63,614 nucleotides of DNA from Betaproteobacteria bacterium (GTDB taxonomy: Bacteria; Pseudomonadota; Gammaproteobacteria; Burkholderiales; SG8-39), in the NCBI GenBank assembly GCA_032125995.1, contig JAQBBQ010000210.1:1-63614 (forward strand), written 5' to 3'. This document shows positions 57,931 to 63,614 of this stretch, piece by piece. The first letter of the stretch is position 1; each line of letters begins with the position of its first letter. The position numbers and the translations under genes are program-made. The notes beneath the pieces were generated by a model. That model was not told the origin of the DNA. It ran no database searches and saw only the letters and a program-made list of their open reading frames with translations.

Positions 57931-59050
57931 CCAGCCGGCGCAAGACCTCGAGATAGATCTTAGGTAGTTGGTCGAGCGCCTCGAGATCGATGTGTTCATC
58001 GATCTTGTGGATGCTCGCGTTGACTGGGCCTAACTCAACGATCTGCGGGCAGATTGCGGCGATGAAACGGCCGTCCGAGGTGCCGCCGTCAGTCGACAGT
58101 GCGGGGATTCGCTGGGTGCAGTGCTGAATCGCCGCTTCGACCGCCGCCACGAGCTCAGCGCGTGGCGTTATGAACGGCGGGCTCGCGGCGGTCCAGGCGA
58201 TCGCATGCTCAAGCTGGTGGCGCTGGAGTATCGATTCGAAGCGTGTGCGCAGGGACGCTTCAGTACTCGCGGTGGAAAAACGAAAGTTGAAATCGAGCTC
58301 GACGGATCCTGGAATGATGTTCGTCACGCCGATACCGGCATGCAGATTGGATACCTGCCACGTCGTCGGCGGGAAATGCTCGGTTCCGCGATCCCACTCG
58401 ATTGTGGTGAGCTCCGCAAGTGCCGGGGCGAGCTGATGGATCGGATTGCGTGCCAGATGTGGATACGCGATGTGACCCTGCAGGCCGCGCACCGTCAGGC
58501 GGCCCGACAGCGATCCGCGGCGCCCGTTCTTGATCATGTCGCCGAGCGTATTGACCGAGGTCGGCTCCCCGACGAGACAGTAATCGATCGCCTCGCCGCG
58601 TGTCCGGAGCTGCTCGACGACGCGCGCAGTGCCATCGACCGAAGGACCTTCCTCGTCCGAGGTGATGAGGAATCCGATCGAACCGCGATGGGTTGGGCAG
58701 CTGCGGATAAACGCCTCGACCGCAACGACGAACGATGCGATGGAAGACTTCATGTCGGCCGCACCGCGTCCGAACAACTTGCCGTCGCGTAGGGTTGGCA
58801 CGAAAGGATCGGACCGCCACTGGTCGAGCGGGCCGGGCGGCACGACGTCCGTATGCCCCGCGAAGCAAAGCAGCGGCGCGCCCGTACCGCGCCTCGCCCA
58901 GAGGTTCGTTACGCCCCCGTACGGCAACGCCTCGCAGGCAAATCCTGCGGCCGAAAGTCGTTGCGCCAAAATTGCTTGGCAGCCGGCGTCATTCGGCGTT
59001 ACCGAGCGCCGGGCGATGAGTTCCTTGACGAGGTCGAGCGGGCTTTGCAT
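57923..59050 (-). CDS. dapE: Succinyl-diaminopimelate desuccinylase
   Basis: [25 protein letters not shown]...FAGHTDVVP...GRGAADMKS...SDEEG. M20 family, 375 aa from the ATG at 59050. Confidence 0.92.
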   Translation of the reverse strand: MQSPLDLVKELIARRSVTPNDAGCQAILAQRLSAAGFACEALPYGGVTNLWARRGTGAPLLCFAGHTDVVPPGPLDQWRSDPFVPTLRDGKLFGRGAADMKSSIASFVVAVEAFIRSCPTHRGSIGFLITSDEEGPSVDGTARVVEQLRTRGEAIDYCLVGEPTSVNTLGDMIKNGRRGSLSGRLTVRGLQGHIAYPHLARNPIHQLAPALAELTTIEWDRGTEHFPPTTWQVSNLHAGIGVTNIIPGSVELDFNFRFSTASTEASLRTRFESILQRHQLEHAIAWTAASPPFITPRAELVAAVEAAIQHCTQRIPALSTDGGTSDGRFIAAICPQIVELGPVNASIHKIDEHIDLEALDQLPKIYLEVLRRLVA

Positions 59051-59151
59051 TGGGGGTGAGCGGTGTGGCGCCGGGCCAGGCGACCCCGCGTCGGCCGCGT
59101 GGCTGGCGCGGCGTGGCAGGCGGTGCCGCGGGCGCTCCCGCGCGTGCCGGA

Positions 59152-60342
59152 TCAAACCGTCAGGTCGATCTTGATTCCAGTGAAGTCGGAACCGGGCGTT
59201 GTACGGGCGAAAATATTCTGCGTGCTCGTAACATCCGGCCTTACTTCTGGTGCCGGACCGCCCGCTTGCGTCGTCGCCCCGGCCGTCGCTTGGTTAATCA
59301 ACCAAAGCATATTGGTGGCCGAGTCTGCATTGGCCATCGCTTCGTCCTGCGAGATGTGGCCGTCCATGAACAGCTGGAACAGTGCCTGCTCGAAGGTTTG
59401 CGACCCAGGCGCCATGCTCTTTTCCATGGCTTCCTTGATCTCGTTGACTTCACCCTTTTCTACCAGGTCGGAAATGTGGCGGGTATTGAGCATCACTTCG
59501 ACCGCCGCCTTGCGCGACCCGGTCTTGGTCCGGACCAGGCGCTGCGAAATGACGGCATGCAGGCTGGCGGACAGGTCGAGCAGCAGCGTCGGACGGTTTT
59601 CGAGTGGGTAGAACGTGATGATGCGGTTCAGCGCGTGATAGCTATTGTTGGCGTGCAGTGTTGCAAGACATAAATGTCCCGATTGGGCGTATTGCAGTGC
59701 CATGGACATCGTGTCCTTGTCGCGGATTTCGCCGATCATGATGCAATCCGGCGCCTGCCGTAGGGCGTTTCTCAGCGCCAGCGGAAACGCCTTGGTGTCG
59801 GTGCCAACCTCGCGCTGGTTGACGATGGATTTCCGGTTCTGGAAGATGAACTCGACGGGGTCTTCCAGGGTCAGGATGTGACCCGACTTTTCGCCGTTGC
59901 GATAATCGAGCATCGCGGCAAGCGACGTCGTTTTGCCTGAACCCGTTGCGCCGACCATCAGGACCAGTCCGCGCTTTTGCATGACGATGTCCTTCAGGGA
60001 CTCGGGCAAACCGAGCGAGTCGATCGGCGGCACCGACCCCGGGATATAGCGTACGACCACCGCAGGGGTGCCTTTTTGCCGGAAGGCACTGATGCGGAAG
60101 GTGCCAACCCCCTCGAAGTTATAGGCCGTATTCAATTCCAATTCGTCCTCGAATTCCCGCACCTGACGTTCGGTAAGGACTTCATTTAGCAGTTGCCGAA
60201 TCGCGTCGGAATTGAGCACGGTCTGATTGACGGGCATCGCGATGCCGTTAATCTTGATATTGATCGGCGCGCCGACCGACAAGAAGATGTCCGACGCATT
60301 CTTGTCGGCCATGAGCTGGAACAGGCGTTGCATCGCTGACAT
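59152..60342 (-). CDS. pilU: PilT/PilU-family type IV pilus retraction ATPase (PilU-like)
   Basis: Walker [10 protein letters not shown], Asp box, Walker [10 protein letters not shown] / IMIGEIRD, His box ATLHANN. PilU-like N-terminus [17 protein letters not shown] and a long C-terminal tail. Confidence 0.85.
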   Translation of the reverse strand: MSAMQRLFQLMADKNASDIFLSVGAPINIKINGIAMPVNQTVLNSDAIRQLLNEVLTERQVREFEDELELNTAYNFEGVGTFRISAFRQKGTPAVVVRYIPGSVPPIDSLGLPESLKDIVMQKRGLVLMVGATGSGKTTSLAAMLDYRNGEKSGHILTLEDPVEFIFQNRKSIVNQREVGTDTKAFPLALRNALRQAPDCIMIGEIRDKDTMSMALQYAQSGHLCLATLHANNSYHALNRIITFYPLENRPTLLLDLSASLHAVISQRLVRTKTGSRKAAVEVMLNTRHISDLVEKGEVNEIKEAMEKSMAPGSQTFEQALFQLFMDGHISQDEAMANADSATNMLWLINQATAGATTQAGGPAPEVRPDVTSTQNIFARTTPGSDFTGIKIDLTV

Positions 60343-60379
60343 GTCGGTTTCTCCCGATTCAAAGACAGGCGGTCGGTAC

Positions 60380-61201
60380 TCAGTCGCTTCGCAGCAAATC
60401 GTTTAGACTGGTCTTCGCGCGCGTTTTAGCATCGACACGCTTGACGATTACCGCACAATACAGCGCATAACGTCCGTCGGGCGAGGGCAGTGTTCCCGGG
60501 ACCACCACCGATCCGGCCGGGACGCGTCCAAACAGTACTTCGCCACTCGCACGGTCGAAAATGCGCGTGCTCTGGGTCAGAAATACGCCCATCGAAAGCA
60601 CACTGTTTTCTTCGACGATGACCCCTTCGACGACCTCGGAGCGCGCCCCGATGAAGCAGTTGTCCTCGATGATCACGGGGTTCGCCTGAACCGGCTCGAG
60701 CACGCCGCCGATGCCAACGCCGCCGGACAGGTGGACATTCTTGCCGATTTGCGCGCACGACCCGACCGTAGCCCAAGTATCCACCATCGACCCCTCGTCG
60801 ACATAGGCGCCGATATTGACGTAAGACGGCATCAGTACCACATTGCGCGCCACGAAGGCGCCTCGCCGGACCATTGCCGGCGGTACGACACGGGTGCCAG
60901 ACGCCGCAAAGGTCGCAGCGTCGTAGGCTCCATATTTCGCGGCAACCTTGTCGTAGTAGCGGGTTTCCCCGCCTTCGATCACGCGGTTGTCCTCGAGGCG
61001 AAACGACAGCAGCACCGCCTTCTTGAGCCACTGATGCGTGACCCAGGCCCCGTCGCGCTTTTCCGCGACGCGCAATCGACCGGCATCGAGCCCCTCGATC
61101 GCCTGATCGACCGCACGCTTGAGTTCTGGGCTCGCCGTGCCAGGGCTGAGGCCGGCTCTGTCGTCCCAGGCCTGGTCGATGATCTGTTGCGCAGCTTGCA
61201 T
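60380..61201 (-). CDS. dapD: 2,3,4,5-tetrahydropyridine-2,6-dicarboxylate N-succinyltransferase
   Basis: [21 protein letters not shown]-terminus, hexapeptide repeats, 273 aa from the ATG at 61201. Confidence 0.92.
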   Translation of the reverse strand: MQAAQQIIDQAWDDRAGLSPGTASPELKRAVDQAIEGLDAGRLRVAEKRDGAWVTHQWLKKAVLLSFRLEDNRVIEGGETRYYDKVAAKYGAYDAATFAASGTRVVPPAMVRRGAFVARNVVLMPSYVNIGAYVDEGSMVDTWATVGSCAQIGKNVHLSGGVGIGGVLEPVQANPVIIEDNCFIGARSEVVEGVIVEENSVLSMGVFLTQSTRIFDRASGEVLFGRVPAGSVVVPGTLPSPDGRYALYCAVIVKRVDAKTRAKTSLNDLLRSD

Positions 61202-61208
61202 TGGGTCC

Positions 61209-62399
61209 TTATAGGCGCTTGGCAAAGCGATTCATTCGATCGACCGCCTCGACGCAGTCGGCGAGCGGGGCAACCAGCGCAACGCGAACATGGTTCTGCC
61301 CTGGATTCTCGCCGTGCGCCTCGCGCGCCAGTACGCTTCCAGGTAGAACGAGGACATTATATTCACGGTAGAGCGCGCGCGTGAACTCGGCGTCGTCAAT
61401 CGGCGTCGGCATCCAAAGATAGAACCCGCCCTCGGGCATCCTGGCCTGCAGCGGTACGTCGAGGATGGGAAGCACGGCGCGGTACTTTTCCATGTACTGG
61501 CGGCGATTTTCCCGGACGTGCGTTTCGTCACGCCACGCCGCGATCGATGCGTGCTGCACCGGCGGGCTCATGGCTGATCCATGATACGTCCGGTAGAGCA
61601 GGAATTTACGCAGAAGTTCGGCATCGCCTGCAACGAATCCGGAGCGCATACCTGGCACGTTCGAGCGCTTCGAGAGGCTTGAAAACACCATCAGGCGCTC
61701 CAGTTTCGCTCGCCCCAGTTGCTGTGCGGCCTGCGCTGCGCCGATCGGTGGTGCGGATTCGTCGTAGTAGAGCTCCGAATAGCATTCGTCCGATGCGATG
61801 ACGAAATCATGGCGATCGGCGAGGTCGAACAGACGCACCCAGTCCTCCATGCGCATCACGCTTCCGCTCGGATTCGAGGGTGTGCAGAGGTAGAGCAACT
61901 GGACGTCGCGCCAGGTATCGGCACCAAGCGCATCGAGCGGCATGCGGAATCCGTTTGCCGCCGTTGTGTTCAGGAACACCGCCTCGGCCCCGGCAAGCAA
62001 CGCTGCGCCTTCATAGATCTGATAGAACGGGTTCGGCATCACGACCTTCGCACCCGGCCGTGAACCATCGACAACCGTCTGCGCAAACGCGAACAGCGCC
62101 TCGCGTGAACCGTTGACGGGAAGCACCTGGGTGTGTGGATCGAGCCGCACCGCGTAGCGCGATAGGATCCACTGCGCAATCGTCTCGCGTAGTGTGGGCA
62201 TGCCGGCGGTCGGCGGGTAGGTAGCGAGACCGTCGAGCGCCTGCGTCAGCGCGTCTCGAATCACCACGGGTGTCGGATGCTTCGGCTCACCAATCGAGAG
62301 ATTGATCGGGGAAAGTTTCGGGTTCGGATGCACCCCCTCGAGCAGTGCCCGCAGGCGTTCGAACGGGTAGGGCTGCAGCCGCGCGAGGCGGGGATTCAC
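61209..62399 (-). CDS. dapC: Succinyldiaminopimelate transaminase
   Basis: [20 protein letters not shown], and a class I aminotransferase PLP-Lys context [15 protein letters not shown]. 396 aa, directly upstream of dapD. Confidence 0.9.
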   Translation of the reverse strand: MNPRLARLQPYPFERLRALLEGVHPNPKLSPINLSIGEPKHPTPVVIRDALTQALDGLATYPPTAGMPTLRETIAQWILSRYAVRLDPHTQVLPVNGSREALFAFAQTVVDGSRPGAKVVMPNPFYQIYEGAALLAGAEAVFLNTTAANGFRMPLDALGADTWRDVQLLYLCTPSNPSGSVMRMEDWVRLFDLADRHDFVIASDECYSELYYDESAPPIGAAQAAQQLGRAKLERLMVFSSLSKRSNVPGMRSGFVAGDAELLRKFLLYRTYHGSAMSPPVQHASIAAWRDETHVRENRRQYMEKYRAVLPILDVPLQARMPEGGFYLWMPTPIDDAEFTRALYREYNVLVLPGSVLAREAHGENPGQNHVRVALVAPLADCVEAVDRMNRFAKRL

Positions 62400-62444
62400 A
62401 GGCGGGCCAGGCAGCCGAATCGCATCAGACGCGCGCCGGAGGGT

Positions 62445-62867
62445 TCAAGACGCCTGACGCGGATCGGCTGCCGGCAAGGCGTCCAGCGCGACCGGGGGCT
62501 GAGGGCGCCAGCCACGCTTGCGGTGCTCCGCGGCAATCGTCGTAAAGATGCCGCCGCGGACATTGAAGCGTGCGATCAGGCGGGCATAGCGGGGTCGCAG
62601 GGTCCGCACGAGGTCGTCCAGGATCCGGTGGGTCACGGCTTCGTGGAATGCCCCCTCGTTTCGGTACGCCCAGATGTATTGCTTGAGCGACTTAAGCTCC
62701 ACGCACTTGCGATCCGGAACGTAATCGAGCTCCAGCGTCGCAAAATCTGGCTGTCCCGTCAGCGGACAAAGACAGGTGAACTCGGGAATCTGCATGTGGA
62801 TCCGGTAGTCGCGCCCGGGCGCGGGGTTTGGAAAGACTTTCAGCTGCTGAGTGGGGCGCAGGGCCAT
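62445..62867 (-). CDS. queF: NADPH-dependent 7-cyano-7-deazaguanine (preQ0) reductase, unimodular type
   Basis: Catalytic Cys context [15 protein letters not shown] and QueF motif [10 protein letters not shown]. 140 aa. Confidence 0.92.
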   Translation of the reverse strand: MALRPTQQLKVFPNPAPGRDYRIHMQIPEFTCLCPLTGQPDFATLELDYVPDRKCVELKSLKQYIWAYRNEGAFHEAVTHRILDDLVRTLRPRYARLIARFNVRGGIFTTIAAEHRKRGWRPQPPVALDALPAADPRQAS

Positions 62868-62980
62868 TGGCGCGGACGCGCAAGGCGCGAAAAAACGTCA
62901 TCACGATGTTATCATAGCGTTCGTTTTTCCCGCGGTTTTCCCCGTGCCGCGCGGTCAATCCGAGAAATCGACGACGCACC

Positions 62981-63614
62981 GTGCGCCTTACGCAAATCAA
63001 GCTTGCTGGCTTCAAGTCCTTCGTCGACCCGACGACCATTTATTTGCCTGGCCAGTTGGTGGGAATCGTTGGCCCGAACGGCTGCGGCAAGTCGAACGTC
63101 ATCGACGCGGTACGCTGGGTGCTCGGCGAGTCGCGCGCCTCGGCCCTGCGTGGCGATTCGATGCAAGACGTCATCTTCAACGGATCGAGCAACCGCCAGG
63201 CACTCGCGCGCGCGAGCGTCGAGCTGATTTTCGACAATGCGCTGGGGCGTGCCGCCGGGCAGTGGTCTCAGTACGCCGAGATTTCGGTCAGACGCATTCT
63301 GCAGCGCGATGGCGAGTCGAGTTACTACATCAACGGTCAGCATGTGCGGCGGCGCGACATCACGGACATTTTCCTTGGGACTGGCCTTGGCCCTCGGGCC
63401 TACGCGATCATCGAGCAGGGCATGATCTCGCGGCTCATCGAGGCGCGTGCCGAGGACATGCGTGCCTTCGTCGAGGAGGCGGCCGGCATTTCGCGATACA
63501 AGGATCGCCGACGCGAGACCGAGATTCGCATCTCCCATACGCGGGAAAACCTTGAGCGTCTGAATGACCTGCGCGAGGAGGTCGACAAGCAGATCCGTCA
63601 CCTGCAGCGCCAGG
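62981..63614 (+). CDS. smc: Chromosome partition protein Smc, N-terminal part (runs off the window end)
   Basis: It is not in the ORF track because no stop is reached. My translation from the GTG at 62981 gives [50 protein letters not shown]...[19 protein letters not shown], with Walker [10 protein letters not shown]. Confidence 0.9.
   Translation, partial: MRLTQIKLAGFKSFVDPTTIYLPGQLVGIVGPNGCGKSNVIDAVRWVLGESRASALRGDSMQDVIFNGSSNRQALARASVELIFDNALGRAAGQWSQYAEISVRRILQRDGESSYYINGQHVRRRDITDIFLGTGLGPRAYAIIEQGMISRLIEARAEDMRAFVEEAAGISRYKDRRRETEIRISHTRENLERLNDLREEVDKQIRHLQRQ

Noticed and set aside
62868-62980. preQ1 riboswitch upstream of queF
   Set aside because: I could not find the compact preQ1-I/II hairpin-pseudoknot signature in the 113-nt queF/smc divergent spacer. 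An Infernal scan would be needed to exclude it formally.

Overview
High-GC (about 65%) proteobacterial chromosome, beta/gamma-like in gene order, densely coded. I found no transposase, integrase, phage gene or CRISPR array. Contents in order: the 3' end of an rRNA operon (23S tail, 5S, terminator). A Rieske oxygenase and an SDR, convergent with a TRAP transporter operon. An SOS mutagenesis cassette imuA-imuB-dnaE2 behind a canonical 20-bp LexA box. A TPR gene, then a signalling cluster: free Hpt, REC-class III cyclase and REC-Hanks Ser/Thr kinase, convergent with a membrane PAS histidine kinase and a stand-alone REC. lexA sits directly upstream of that kinase on the same strand. Next come metabolic and transport genes: acyl-CoA synthetase, Fe-ADH, DMT, SRAP, pncB, MFS, CoA-transferase, nitroreductase, GNAT and PhzF. 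Then a MerR-HTH/sensor/class III cyclase fusion upstream of a CDF efflux gene, and an 1167-aa multidomain flavoprotein. The rest is core housekeeping: dadA, a PHP phosphatase, yciO-like, an M50 protease, trpS, scpAB, rluB, rimP-nusA-infB-rbfA-truB-rpsO-pnp, dksA, tRNA-Pro/Arg/His, CYTH-CHAD, prmB, dapE, a pilU-like ATPase, dapD, dapC, queF and the 5' end of smc. Main points of interest: (1) the phosphorelay cluster, whose outputs are a nucleotide cyclase and a Ser/Thr kinase and which lies between dnaE2 and lexA. (2) The MerR-cyclase fusion, whose 5' end and promoter sit in a roughly 38% GC patch full of ACAGT/ACTGT palindromes. (3) A 116-bp direct repeat that duplicates a gene junction around an inserted secreted-protein gene. 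(4) A 1-nt frameshift in essential infB. All family calls come from motifs read in the translations. No database search was run.
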